From Nitrospinales bacterium (GTDB lineage: Bacteria > Nitrospinota > Nitrospinia > Nitrospinales > VA-1), in contig CBDCXL010000002.1 in NCBI GenBank assembly GCA_965223795.1, positions 3,136,001 to 3,200,000 on the forward strand: 64,000 bases of DNA, given 5' to 3'. The first letter of the stretch is position 1. Each line of letters begins with the position of its first letter. The notes under the pieces are model-generated. The model saw only the letters and a program-made list of their open reading frames with translations. It did no database searches and was not told the DNA's origin. This document shows, piece by piece, positions 28,257 through 38,669 of this stretch. Position numbers and translations under genes: made by a program.

Positions 28257-28922
28257 CTAAACCGAAACCTTTGCATCTTTTGCGGCCGTATCCGCTGGGT
28301 TGGAAGCGGCTGGATGGTTTTGTCCGGTCGTGGTTTCATTACCCATGAATTTGGGGCAGGAGAAATATCCGTCCTGGCTCACGCCTTCTCCAGAGAACAC
28401 CTTGATAAACGTCATCGCGATGATTTTCAGATCGAGGAACAGGGACTGGTTGTCCACGTACCAGGTGTCGAGCTTGAACCTTTCATCCCAGCTCAGCGCA
28501 TTGCGTCCGTTCACCTGTGCCCATCCTGTGATTCCCGGCTTCACCTCGTGCCTTCTGGCCTGTTCGGAGTTGTAGCGGGGCACGTATTCCATCAACAACG
28601 GGCGCGGCCCGACCAGGCTGATGTCTCCGATCAGCAGGTTGAACAGCTGCGGGATCTCGTCGAGACTGTAGCGCCGTAAAAATTTCCCCAAAGGGGTCAG
28701 ACGTTCGTTGTCCGGAAGCAGTTCTCCTTCGGCGTTGCGTTCATTCGTCAGCGTCCGGAATTTGCGAATGTAAAAGGGGCGTGCGTGAAGACCCGGCCGC
28801 TTTTGCGTGAAAATCACGGGAGAACCCATTTTCCAGCGGACGATGCAGGCCAGGACAACGATCACCGGGCTCAGCAAGATGAGGCCCGTCAGCGCGGTTA
28901 TGAAATCAATCCCTCTTTTCAT
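28257..28922 (-). CDS. Monotopic phosphoglycosyl transferase (PglC/EpsL-like)
   Basis: KRGID, KFRT, SLDEIPQL, VGPRP, PGITGWAQVNGR. Confidence 0.92.
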   Translation of the reverse strand: MKRGIDFITALTGLILLSPVIVVLACIVRWKMGSPVIFTQKRPGLHARPFYIRKFRTLTNERNAEGELLPDNERLTPLGKFLRRYSLDEIPQLFNLLIGDISLVGPRPLLMEYVPRYNSEQARRHEVKPGITGWAQVNGRNALSWDERFKLDTWYVDNQSLFLDLKIIAMTFIKVFSGEGVSQDGYFSCPKFMGNETTTGQNHPAASNPADTAAKDAKVSV

Positions 28923-29137
28923 GGTTTGTATTGAAATCCTTAAAGTTGGTTTTCAATTGAAAAGGAAGGAATGAAAGCGGTGTTTCGGCTTGATTTCCCC
29001 TTTTCTTAAATGTAACACGCAAAATATTGCGAACAAGTCGTATTTGTCTCGTGTTCATGTCAGATGAATCTCTTTTTCCTTATGGGGATACGGTTTTTCA
29101 GGCAATTTCCGAATGCCGTTTCGGAGAGCAAATATTT

Positions 29138-30277
29138 TCATTTTGAGTCTCCAGGATCATCGTTTTGCAGGTTCATCGTGCGCAGGATGACCGCGTTTAC
29201 TTTGTGAACGTCGAAGCGCTCTTCGGCCATTTTCCGGCTGGCTTTTCCCATTTTAGCGATCAGCTCGGGTTTTTTGATGAAGCGTTCCATCGCCTCGGTC
29301 AGCGCCTGCGCGTCCTGCGCCGGAACGAGGAACCCGTTATCGCCTTCCTCCACCGTTTCCCGGCAGCCCGGAGCGTCGGTGGTGATGATGGGACGCCCCA
29401 TGGACATGGCTTCCAGGATGGAACGCGGGACGCCTTCCCGATAAAAAGAAGGGAGCACGTACACGCTCGAATCCGCGATGAAGGGCCGCACGTCGAGGGT
29501 TTCGCCGCAAAACTCAATGCCGTTTTTCTGCCATGCATCCACCTGCGGTTTCTGGATGGCGGAGGGATTGCTGTCGAACGAGCCCAGCACGCGGAACGCG
29601 ACATTGGGATACCTTTGCGACAAGGTCCTGGCGGCGCTGGCGTATTCGTGCAACCCCTTTTCCTTTATCAGGCGCGCCATCAATAAAAACACCAGCGTCT
29701 TGGTGACGGGCGGGACTTCGGGGAAGTATTCCAGGTCCACGCCCGAACCGTTGATTCGCACAGCCTGCGTGTTTTTGCCGATCAGGTTCCATTTCTCGAA
29801 ATCTTTCTGGTCGTCCGCGTTCTGAAAAAAGATGGCGGTGTTTTTAGACAACGCCAGCTTGAAAAGGCGGCGGATCGCGAAACCCAGCATCCTGCCTTTC
29901 AGCGATCGGTTGCTGAACGAGTTTCCCAAACCTGTGATCATGGAATAGCGTTGCGGAACGCCTGCCATGCGGGCGGCGAGCGAACCGTAGATTACGGGTT
30001 TGAATGTGTACGCGAGCAGCATGTCCGGCTTTATTTTTCTGAAAATGGAATACAGGGCCGAAAGCGATTTCAGATCCTGGAACGGGTTGGTGCCGGTTCT
30101 CTGCATGGGCACCGCTTGAAACGACACGCCGATCTTCGCCAGCTTGGCTATCGTTTCATCGTGAATGTCCGGCGCGCAGGCGACGACCGTGTGTCCCGCC
30201 TGCACCATCGCTTTGAGCAGGGTGCCGCGGAAATTGATCAGCGATTTCGCATATCCTGCAAGAACCAGAATCTTCAT
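29138..30277 (-). CDS. GT4 glycosyltransferase (PglA/CapM-like)
   Basis: NFRG, KPVIYGS, GSGVD, REGVPRSILEAM. Confidence 0.9.
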   Translation of the reverse strand: MKILVLAGYAKSLINFRGTLLKAMVQAGHTVVACAPDIHDETIAKLAKIGVSFQAVPMQRTGTNPFQDLKSLSALYSIFRKIKPDMLLAYTFKPVIYGSLAARMAGVPQRYSMITGLGNSFSNRSLKGRMLGFAIRRLFKLALSKNTAIFFQNADDQKDFEKWNLIGKNTQAVRINGSGVDLEYFPEVPPVTKTLVFLLMARLIKEKGLHEYASAARTLSQRYPNVAFRVLGSFDSNPSAIQKPQVDAWQKNGIEFCGETLDVRPFIADSSVYVLPSFYREGVPRSILEAMSMGRPIITTDAPGCRETVEEGDNGFLVPAQDAQALTEAMERFIKKPELIAKMGKASRKMAEERFDVHKVNAVILRTMNLQNDDPGDSK

Positions 30278-32226
30278 TTCGGTTGCCTCTGTTCGCTAAA
30301 CCACGCCTGAAACATCAGCACGTCCCAGAGAAAGTACTGCCAGTCGCCTTTGTGTTCCAGGTGCTCCTTCCAGATCTTTTGAATGGGCGCCGGATTGAAA
30401 TACCCTTCACGCTTGAGACGGTCCGCGTGGATCAGGTCTTCCGCCCAGGCGCGCAGCGGGCCGCGCAGCCAGGCACCCACCGGCACACCGAATCCTTTTT
30501 TGGGCCGTTCGATGAGCTGTTTGGGCACGTAGCGGTACAACACCTGGCGCAACAGCCATTTGCTCTGGCCGTTTCTCACTTTCATATTGAGCGGCATGCG
30601 CCACGCCGCCTCGACCACGCGGTGATCGAGCAGCGGCACCCGCGCTTCCAGGCTGACGCCCATGCTGGCGCGGTCCACCTTGGTGAGGATGTCGTCGGGC
30701 AGGTAGGTCACCGAGTCGAGCAGCATCATCCTCTCCATGAAGTTCGGCAGGAATTCCGAATTCCAGCCGTTGCTGTGATGGGTCGCGGGCTCTTCGCTGT
30801 TTAACACCAGCGCCGCCGGGTCATTGCAGTGAGACATCAGCATCCGGTAGATCTCTTTCGGCGTGCCTGCCTTGAGAAACCGGGAAAACGTGTGCACGTT
30901 GTGTCCCAGGTTTTCCAGTTTCAAACCGGCGGGCAGCAGAGAGCCGAACGGCGCGGCAAGGCGGTTCCAGCCTTTGGGCGACACGGTTGCCAGCGTGTGT
31001 CCCAACAGGTTGCGGCTCCAGGCCGGGAAGCGCCGGACGTTTTCCCAGACCCGGTGTCCGACAGCGTAGCGGCCGTATCCCGCGAACAGTTCGTCGCCGC
31101 CGTCGCCGGACAAAGAGACGGTGACCTTCTGTCTGGCAAGCTGGGAGACGAGAAAGGTCGGGATCTGCGACGCATCGGAAAACGGCTCGTCGTAAAGTTC
31201 CGGCAGGCGCGGGATGACGGCGCGCGCTTCCTCGGCTGTGACGTAGAGTTCGGTGTGGTCGGTTCCCAGGTGCTGAGCGACTTTTTTCGCGTCCTTGGCC
31301 TCGTTGTGTGTTTCCTCGAAAAAACCGATGGAAAAGGTTTTGACGGGATCGTTGCTCTGCGCCTGCATGAGGGCGACGACGGTGGAGGAGTCGATGCCTC
31401 CGGAAAGGAACGCTCCCAACGGCACGTCGGCGATCATGCGCAGCTTGACGGCGTCGCGCAAAAGCGCATCGAGGTGCTCGACGGCTTCCTCATCGGAACC
31501 GGTGAACGGGTTTGCCGCTCCCTGCTCGGCCGCCTGCCGCGCCGACCAGTACGCTTCGGTTTGCGGCTCGGATCTTCCGCCGCTGCATTTGAGAGTCAAT
31601 ATGTGGCCGGGCTGCAGCTTGGCGATCCCCTTATAAATAGAATAGGGGGATGGCAGATAATTATGCCGCAAAAACAGGGTCAGGGCGTTGCGGTCGATCT
31701 CGTTGCTGAAATCGGGATGTTCCTTGAAGGCTTTGAGCTCGGAGGCGAAGAGGAAGGAATCGCCCTGCCAGCCGTAGTAGACGGGCTTGATGCCGAGCCG
31801 GTCGCGCACGAGATGCAGCGTTCTTTCGGTGCTGTCCCACAGGGCGAAGGCGAACATGCCGATGAACTTTTCGACGGCGTTTTTGAGACCCCAGTGCTCG
31901 ATGGCTTCCAGGATCACTTCGGTATCGGAATGGCCGCGCCAGCCCGTATGCGGCAGTTCGTTTCGGATCGCTTGGAAATTGTAGATCTCGCCGTTGAAGA
32001 CGATGGCAAAACGCCCGCTGGTGGAAAACATGGGCTGATGGCCTTCTGGCGAGAGATCGAGAATGGACAGCCGCCGGTGCGCCAGACCGATGCCCGCATC
32101 GCGGTCCATCCAGATGCCGGAATCATCGGGGCCGCGGTGGATGAGTATATCTTTCATCCGCGTGAGGCAGCCCTGCCAATCCAGGTCCTGGCCCTTGCTG
32201 TTATAAAATCCGGCGATGCCGCACAT
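30274..32226 (-). CDS. asnB: Asparagine synthase-like glutamine amidotransferase (WbpS-like), downstream copy
   Basis: MCGI (Ntn Cys), HRGPD, FNGEIYN, LSGGIDSS, SGDGGDELF, KVDRASM. Confidence 0.92.
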   Translation of the reverse strand: MCGIAGFYNSKGQDLDWQGCLTRMKDILIHRGPDDSGIWMDRDAGIGLAHRRLSILDLSPEGHQPMFSTSGRFAIVFNGEIYNFQAIRNELPHTGWRGHSDTEVILEAIEHWGLKNAVEKFIGMFAFALWDSTERTLHLVRDRLGIKPVYYGWQGDSFLFASELKAFKEHPDFSNEIDRNALTLFLRHNYLPSPYSIYKGIAKLQPGHILTLKCSGGRSEPQTEAYWSARQAAEQGAANPFTGSDEEAVEHLDALLRDAVKLRMIADVPLGAFLSGGIDSSTVVALMQAQSNDPVKTFSIGFFEETHNEAKDAKKVAQHLGTDHTELYVTAEEARAVIPRLPELYDEPFSDASQIPTFLVSQLARQKVTVSLSGDGGDELFAGYGRYAVGHRVWENVRRFPAWSRNLLGHTLATVSPKGWNRLAAPFGSLLPAGLKLENLGHNVHTFSRFLKAGTPKEIYRMLMSHCNDPAALVLNSEEPATHHSNGWNSEFLPNFMERMMLLDSVTYLPDDILTKVDRASMGVSLEARVPLLDHRVVEAAWRMPLNMKVRNGQSKWLLRQVLYRYVPKQLIERPKKGFGVPVGAWLRGPLRAWAEDLIHADRLKREGYFNPAPIQKIWKEHLEHKGDWQYFLWDVLMFQAWFSEQRQPK

Positions 32227-34251
32227 GCGCGTTACCTGAAAAAGTTAGTTTGTGTTGCCGTTGTTAAAGAGATCCGGCGACGGGGGCCTTCTCCCTCGAT
32301 TGCTGCCGTTCAAGCCAGGCTTGAAAACTCAAAACATTCCAAATGAAATACTGCCAGTCCCGCTGTCCGGATGCGTGTTCCAGCCAGCGCTTGCGGATCG
32401 GCGCAGGATCGAAATAGCCTTCGCGCTCGATCCGGCTTTCCTCAAGCAGGTCCTCCGCCCAGGCGCGCAACGGGCCGCGCAGCCAGCTGCCGATGGGGAT
32501 GGCGAATCCTTTTTTGGGCCGCTCGATGAGCTGTTTGGGCACGTAGCGGTACAACACCTGGCGCAGCAACCATTTGCTCTGGCCGTTTCTCACTTTCATA
32601 TTGAGCGGCATGCGCCACGCCGCCTCGACCACGCGGTGATCGAGCAGCGGCACCCGCGCTTCCAGGCTGACGCCCATGCTGGCGCGGTCCACCTTGGTGA
32701 GGATGTCATCGGGCAGATAGGTCACCGTGTCCAAAAGCATCATCTGATGGGTGAAGTCCAGATGCTTCTCGCCGGCCCAGCCGTTCGAGTAGTAGGTTGC
32801 CGGCTCGTGCGCGCCCTTTACCAGGGTGCCTTCGCTGCGCCATTGCGAGATGAGCTTAAGGTACAAAGCCTGCGGGCTTTCCGCATCCAGCATGCTGGCG
32901 AGCTTGTGCAGCTTGTCGCCAGGGATGGCGGTTTTGGCGTTGCGTGAATAGAGAAATCCGAGCGGGCTCAGCACGCGGTTCCACTGTTCCGGAGACACCG
33001 CGACCATCCATTTCGCCGCCTGTTTTCTCAGTGGAGCGGGGACCCATTTCAATTTGTTCCAGATCGACCTTCCCCAGTTGTAGCGGTGGTATCCCGCGAA
33101 CAGTTCGTCGCCGCCGTCGCCGGACAAAGAGACGGTGACCTTCTGTCTGGCAAGCTGGGAGACGAGAAAGGTCGGGATCTGCGACGCATCGGAAAACGGC
33201 TCGTCGTAAAGTTCCGGCAGGCGCGGGATGATGGCACGCGCTTCCTCGGGCGTGACGTAGAGTTCGGTGTGGTCGGTTCCCAGGTGCTGAGCGACTTTTT
33301 TCGCGTCCTTGGCCTCGTTGTGCGTTTCCTCGAAAAAACCGATGGAAAAGGTTTTGACGGGATCGTTGCTCTGTGCCTGCATGAGGGCGACGACGGTGGA
33401 GGAGTCGATGCCTCCGGAAAGGAACGCTCCCAGCGGCACGTCGGCGATCATGCGCAGCTTGACGGCGTCGCGCAAAAGCGCATCGAGGTGCTCGACGGCT
33501 TCCTCATCGGAACCGGTGAACGGGTTTGCCGCTCCCTGCTCGGCCGCCTGCCGCGCCGACCAGTACGCTTCGGTCTTTGGTTCGGATTTTCCACCGCAGC
33601 ACTTCAACGTCAGAATCTGACCGGGAATGAGCTTGGAAACTCCCTGGTAAATCGAATGCGGAAGCGGCACGTCGCCGTAACGCATGAACAGAGCCAACGC
33701 GTTGCGGTCGATCTCGTTGCTGAAATCGGGATGTTCCTTGAAGGCTTTGAGCTCGGAGGCGAAGAGGAAGGAATCGCCCTGCCAGCCGTAGTAGACGGGC
33801 TTGATGCCGAGCCGGTCGCGCACGAGATGCAGCGTTCTTTCGGTGCTGTCCCACAGGGCGAAGGCGAACATGCCGATGAACTTTTCGACGGCGTTTTTGA
33901 GACCCCAGTGCTCGATGGCTTCCAAGATCACTTCGGTGTCGGAATGGCCGCGCCAGCCCGTATGCGGCAGTTCGTTTCGGATCGCCTCGAAATTGTAGAT
34001 CTCGCCGTTGAAGACGATGGCAAAACGCCCGCTGGCGGAAAACATGGGCTGGTGGCCTTCTGGCGAGAGATCGAGAATGGACAGCCGCCGGTGCGCCAGA
34101 CCGATGCCCGCATCGCGGTCCATCCAGATGCCGGAATCATCGGGGCCGCGGTGGATGAGTATATCTTTCATCCGCGTGAGGCAGCCCTGCCAATCCAGGT
34201 CCTGGCCCTTGCTGTTATAAAATCCGGCGATGCCGCACATGCGCGTTACCT
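30440..34251 (-). repeat. Tandem duplication of asnB (offset 2014 bp) with three near-identical blocks
   Basis: 31685-32237 matches 33699-34251, 31075-31560 matches 33089-33574, and about 30440-30713 matches 32454-32727. Confidence 0.85.
32264..34240 (-). CDS. asnB: Asparagine synthase-like glutamine amidotransferase (WbpS-like), upstream copy
   Basis: Same motifs as the adjacent copy. Confidence 0.92.
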   Translation of the reverse strand: MCGIAGFYNSKGQDLDWQGCLTRMKDILIHRGPDDSGIWMDRDAGIGLAHRRLSILDLSPEGHQPMFSASGRFAIVFNGEIYNFEAIRNELPHTGWRGHSDTEVILEAIEHWGLKNAVEKFIGMFAFALWDSTERTLHLVRDRLGIKPVYYGWQGDSFLFASELKAFKEHPDFSNEIDRNALALFMRYGDVPLPHSIYQGVSKLIPGQILTLKCCGGKSEPKTEAYWSARQAAEQGAANPFTGSDEEAVEHLDALLRDAVKLRMIADVPLGAFLSGGIDSSTVVALMQAQSNDPVKTFSIGFFEETHNEAKDAKKVAQHLGTDHTELYVTPEEARAIIPRLPELYDEPFSDASQIPTFLVSQLARQKVTVSLSGDGGDELFAGYHRYNWGRSIWNKLKWVPAPLRKQAAKWMVAVSPEQWNRVLSPLGFLYSRNAKTAIPGDKLHKLASMLDAESPQALYLKLISQWRSEGTLVKGAHEPATYYSNGWAGEKHLDFTHQMMLLDTVTYLPDDILTKVDRASMGVSLEARVPLLDHRVVEAAWRMPLNMKVRNGQSKWLLRQVLYRYVPKQLIERPKKGFAIPIGSWLRGPLRAWAEDLLEESRIEREGYFDPAPIRKRWLEHASGQRDWQYFIWNVLSFQAWLERQQSREKAPVAGSL

Positions 34252-34331
34252 ATTAAAGAGTGATTGCTGGTTCAATAAATCCGTTACGACCGCAGCCTTT
34301 ATTTCCCTTCCACTATCGGAGACAGCAGGAA

Positions 34332-35495
34332 TCACACAACGTGGCTGCTCAATACTTTGTGATACACCGACTCGTAATCGTGCGTGACCGATGGCAGCGA
34401 GAAGGAATGGACGATCCGTTCCCGTGCCCGCTCTCCCAATTGAGCCCGTTCCAGAGACGTCAGATTGAACATGCGGTCCCAGGCATTCGCCAGCGCGTCG
34501 GGTTCCCTGGGCGGGACGATGAATCCCGTGTCTCCGATGATGTAGCGGTTTTCTCCCACGTCCGTGGCGACACAGGGGACGCCGCAGGCCATGGCCTCGC
34601 CGAGAACATTGGAAAACCCTTCCTCGATGGAGGAGGAGCACACCATGTCCAGACCCGGCATGATCCGGTTCAGATCCCTGCGTTCTCCCAGAAGATGAAA
34701 GCGGGAATGGAGGTTCCGGTTTGCGATCGCATCGACGAGAATCCGGTTGGTTTCGTCCACATGGGTCCCTGCCAGGACAAAATGAACGTCGTCGCGGAAT
34801 TCTGAAATGCACGCGGCGGCGCGGACGAACGTTTCGTGGTCTTTGTGGGCGTGGTAGCGTCCGAATAAACCGATCGTGTGGGCCGTCGCCTCAATACCCA
34901 GTTCCCGGTGGATTCTTTGCTTCGCCTCACGCGAGGGCGAAAAGGAATCGGTGTCGAAACCGTTCGGGATCACGGTGCTTTTGGAAGACAGGTATCCCAG
35001 AGCTTCGTGCTGCTGAGCGCTCACCTTCGAGTTGTAAATGATCATCATCGGCTTGCGCGACAATTTGGCGCCCAGAGCGATGACCCAGGCGGTGGAACGC
35101 TTTTCGTTTTTCAATCCGTCGATGCCGTGGCGGATGCTCCACAAAACGGGGCCCGCCTGCGGCAGGAACGAGTTGGCGAATTGCGCCGCCAGATTGCCGT
35201 GGTACATCCAGCCCTGCAACAGATCCGGCTGCAGCGATTTGACCAGGCGGACCAGACGCAGACCGGACACGGGGTCGGAGGTGGTTTTTTTCATGTCGAG
35301 CGCATAAACCGGTATGTCCAGCTCGCGGATTTTTTCACCCACGGTTCCCACTTCCATGAGGGAGATCACTTCCGGAGCGAATTCGTTCCGGTCCATGCGC
35401 GAGAGGAGCTTGTACAGCATCATCTCCGCGCCTCCGGTGTGGAGGTTCGTGATGATGAAGACGATTCTGCATTTGGAATTCTTAACGGTCATCAC
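34332..35495 (-). CDS. GT4 glycosyltransferase
   Basis: GGAE, IPNG, KDH, EGFSNVLGEAMACG. Confidence 0.9.
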   Translation of the reverse strand: MMTVKNSKCRIVFIITNLHTGGAEMMLYKLLSRMDRNEFAPEVISLMEVGTVGEKIRELDIPVYALDMKKTTSDPVSGLRLVRLVKSLQPDLLQGWMYHGNLAAQFANSFLPQAGPVLWSIRHGIDGLKNEKRSTAWVIALGAKLSRKPMMIIYNSKVSAQQHEALGYLSSKSTVIPNGFDTDSFSPSREAKQRIHRELGIEATAHTIGLFGRYHAHKDHETFVRAAACISEFRDDVHFVLAGTHVDETNRILVDAIANRNLHSRFHLLGERRDLNRIMPGLDMVCSSSIEEGFSNVLGEAMACGVPCVATDVGENRYIIGDTGFIVPPREPDALANAWDRMFNLTSLERAQLGERARERIVHSFSLPSVTHDYESVYHKVLSSHVV

Positions 35496-36805
35496 CAGAC
35501 TTCCCTAGGTCGTGGAGCGGGTTTTGGGGATGTTGCGGGCTTCAAGGAGTCGTAGAAAGCCAGGGCTCCCAGTAAACCGAGCAAGCCGACAACATTGCGG
35601 TTCTGCAATAGATTGTGGTCGTGAACTCCGGCCAGTGCCAGCGCGAACACGAATATCATCCCGCGCAGGTCTTTCAAGCGCCAGAAATGGGAAAACGTCA
35701 CCACAAGAAAAATCAGATAAAAGAGAATGCCGAGTATTCCATTTTCCACCCAGTGCTTGAGATACATGTTGTGCGCGGGATAGAAACGGGTGCGGGAAAA
35801 GTTGGTGCCGTGCCCCAGAAGCGGGGCCTTTTCCACCAGATCCAGGTATTCGACGACCAGGTACTTGCGTTCATGATCCGTCGCGAACGAAAGGTCGCCC
35901 TTGGTGAATTCAAAGATGGTGTTGATGCGCGCCTGGGTTGCCTGGTCCGCGAACATGATGTTGCTTTCCACCATGTGGCGTGACAGGGGAAAGATCACGA
36001 AGAACAGCAGCAGGATCACGCTTATTGAAAAGCCGATTTTTTTCAGTACCGATTCCCGCTTCAGGCTGACGAAGACATAGATCGAGAGCACGATGAGAAA
36101 AAGGATCAGGTTGCCCACTGAAAGCGTCGGGATCACGCCCATGGCGGCGAGCGCCCAGATGAGCAGGTTGAGCCAGTCGTGTTTTTTCCAGTTGGTGGCC
36201 GCAATGGCGAGCAGAACGATGCTCAAGGCCCCTTCGTTGGCATTGCCCATGAAACCGGAAGCTCTTCCGGTATTTTCCGAAAATTCCAGGGGATTCTGGA
36301 CGGAATACCAGATACCCGCGAACGCCGCCAGGAAGATAATGAACAGGATCCCGCGGTAATGCTTGCGGACCGTGGCGCTGCTCGCGATGCCGATGCACAG
36401 AGCCATCAGCAGCCAGTGGTACATGTCCATCACGATGGAACGGAAGCCCTGGTACCAGTATGCTCCCGGATGCATGCCCCAGACCAGCGAGATCAGGGCT
36501 ACCAGCCAGAAAGGAACGAGCACCCTGAGCGTGTTGCGGTAAATAAACGTGAGCTGGGAGCCCTGGTTCCTGAAAATGCTGAAGAACAGGATGGGCATGA
36601 ACAGCATCATCAGCAGGACCAGAGGCGGCGACGACTTCGGGAAAAAAGGAAAATTCTTGTACGCCAGAAACGCGTCGGCCCCGGTCAGTACGGGAAATAA
36701 AACCAGAGTGAACACCACGAACAGAGAGATTTTGTAAAAAGTGTTCTCGGTTTGCTCCGGTTTTGTCAATTCAATGGGAGCTTCTTTCACTAAGGTGTTG
36801 GACAT
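35492..36805 (-). CDS. Wzy polymerase / O-antigen ligase family membrane protein
   Basis: Many TM segments, RASGFMGNAN, PLLGHG, AHNMYL...ENGILG; start uncertain. Confidence 0.78.
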   Translation of the reverse strand: MSNTLVKEAPIELTKPEQTENTFYKISLFVVFTLVLFPVLTGADAFLAYKNFPFFPKSSPPLVLLMMLFMPILFFSIFRNQGSQLTFIYRNTLRVLVPFWLVALISLVWGMHPGAYWYQGFRSIVMDMYHWLLMALCIGIASSATVRKHYRGILFIIFLAAFAGIWYSVQNPLEFSENTGRASGFMGNANEGALSIVLLAIAATNWKKHDWLNLLIWALAAMGVIPTLSVGNLILFLIVLSIYVFVSLKRESVLKKIGFSISVILLLFFVIFPLSRHMVESNIMFADQATQARINTIFEFTKGDLSFATDHERKYLVVEYLDLVEKAPLLGHGTNFSRTRFYPAHNMYLKHWVENGILGILFYLIFLVVTFSHFWRLKDLRGMIFVFALALAGVHDHNLLQNRNVVGLLGLLGALAFYDSLKPATSPKPAPRPREVW

Positions 36806-37911
36806 AACACCGCCTCCGTTCTTGCGACAAGTTGAGCCACGCTGAAATTGTTTTCAATTCTCGATCTGGCCTGGGCCGTGGTTTCTTCCGTGGACCGGTT
36901 CAGGCACGTTTCCCAGCCGTTCGCCAGGGCTTGCGGATCTTTGGGAGGGACCACGACTCCCGAATCGCCGACCAGCCAGGAGGAGTCGCCCACGTCCGTG
37001 ACCACGCAGGGCACGCCGCAGGCCATGGCCTCGCCGATGACGTTGGGAAACCCTTCTCCAAATGAGGAGGAAGAGCAGACGATATTCAAAGCGTTGTACA
37101 CGCGCGGCATGTCCTTTCTGGAGCCGGCCCAGATGATGCGGCCGGTGAGATTCATCTCATGGGCTGCCTGCACGAGTTTGGCTTTGTAGGTCTCAGGGCC
37201 GTTTCCGATGCAGACGAAGCGGACCTGCGGCCGGTTCTGGATCAGCAGCGCCGCGGCCTGAAGAAACGTCATGTGATCCTTCATCGGGTCGAGCCGACCC
37301 ACCAGACCGATCAGAGTTTCCGGGTCCGTCACACCCCATTCCCTGCGAACGGGAATTCCGGCGGCGCGGTCCGGCTTGAACTTGTGCAGATCGATCCCAT
37401 TGGGGATGACGATCATTTTGTTCTCGGGAAACCCCTCGGAGGCCGCATGACGGTAACCGGCTTTGGAATTGACGATGATCGAGTCGGCGAAGCGTGACAG
37501 CATGCACTCCAGTTTGTGGTGGTAACGGGAAACCAGATCGTAAAACGATAGATCCATATTCGATGCGCGCAGCCCCCAGATCATGCGGGTCCTGGGTAAA
37601 AACGGTTTCAGGAGCACCGTGAGACAGTTCGCGGTGCCCAGATATCCCTGAATCAGATTCGGTTTGTAGAGACGCATTTCCCTGACCAGGCGATACAGGA
37701 ACCGGAACACGTCCCAGCGGCCGCGCTTGTCCAAAGAAACGTATTTCACATGCGGCATGTTTTTCACTTCATCTCCGAACAGGCCTCCGCCATAAAAAGT
37801 CATGAGGCACAGATCGTACTTTTTCGGGTCGAGGCCTTTGATGAGCGCCAGCAGCTGGCGCTGGGCGCCTCCCTCGTTCAACATGCGTATGAGAAAACAG
37901 ATGCGTGTCAT
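36790..37911 (-). CDS. GT4 glycosyltransferase
   Basis: GGAQRQ, IPNGID, GRLDPMKDH, EGFPNVIGEAMACG. Confidence 0.9.
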   Translation of the reverse strand: MTRICFLIRMLNEGGAQRQLLALIKGLDPKKYDLCLMTFYGGGLFGDEVKNMPHVKYVSLDKRGRWDVFRFLYRLVREMRLYKPNLIQGYLGTANCLTVLLKPFLPRTRMIWGLRASNMDLSFYDLVSRYHHKLECMLSRFADSIIVNSKAGYRHAASEGFPENKMIVIPNGIDLHKFKPDRAAGIPVRREWGVTDPETLIGLVGRLDPMKDHMTFLQAAALLIQNRPQVRFVCIGNGPETYKAKLVQAAHEMNLTGRIIWAGSRKDMPRVYNALNIVCSSSSFGEGFPNVIGEAMACGVPCVVTDVGDSSWLVGDSGVVVPPKDPQALANGWETCLNRSTEETTAQARSRIENNFSVAQLVARTEAVLCPTP

Positions 37912-38669
37912 TTCAAGTTCACCAGAGGGTTCCAGACCGAGCGCTTGAAGCGCAGGGACGCAAGGTAAAACCTGGAAAACAATCCGTCCATCCAGGTGCG
38001 GTTGCGGTCCTGGTATTCCACTACGATTTCATCCAGGCTCCGGATCCGGGGCCGGAACCGTTTGACCTGTTCCCGGAAACGGGACAGATCCTGATCCGTC
38101 CAGGTGTTGTGGTGAAAACCGATGGTCCAGGCGCCCAGGAACATCGAACGAAAGCGCCATAACTGCTGCGGGATCCACATCATCTCGTCCGCGTCCGTGT
38201 GCGGAAACAGAAAGTGTCCGTCGCTGATGAGGCGGATGCCGTGTTTTTTGAGAATCTTCAACGTCAACGCGTCGAATGAGTGGCCTGGCGCGATCCAGAC
38301 TTTCGGCGTCACGTTTTCCCGGTGAAAAATTTCCAGGGAATTTTTGATTTTTGCTTCCTGCTCGGCGTCGGAAAGACCGGCGAATTCGCTGAAACGGTTT
38401 AAGCCCAGGATGCCCGGGTTTTCCGTGGTGTAGTGGTGCTGGTAGCCGTGGATGCCGATCGACCAGCCGCGTTCCTGCCATTGGCGCACGCAATCCCAGA
38501 ACCGCTCGTTGGCGGGGGAAACCTTGAGGGTCTGATCCCGGTTGTCGGGAACCACCGCCAGGATCGGTTTGATCCCGTTTTCAATGAGTGTGGCTTCGAT
38601 TTCTTTCCAGATGTCCCAGTTCATGGTGGGACAGATGTCATCGAAGCGGAGTAAATAAGAAGCGCTCAT
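37908..38669 (-). CDS. DUF2334 / polysaccharide deacetylase-like protein
   Basis: LRFDD, LAVVP, HGYQH, SEFAG, APGH. Confidence 0.8.
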   Translation of the reverse strand: MSASYLLRFDDICPTMNWDIWKEIEATLIENGIKPILAVVPDNRDQTLKVSPANERFWDCVRQWQERGWSIGIHGYQHHYTTENPGILGLNRFSEFAGLSDAEQEAKIKNSLEIFHRENVTPKVWIAPGHSFDALTLKILKKHGIRLISDGHFLFPHTDADEMMWIPQQLWRFRSMFLGAWTIGFHHNTWTDQDLSRFREQVKRFRPRIRSLDEIVVEYQDRNRTWMDGLFSRFYLASLRFKRSVWNPLVNLK

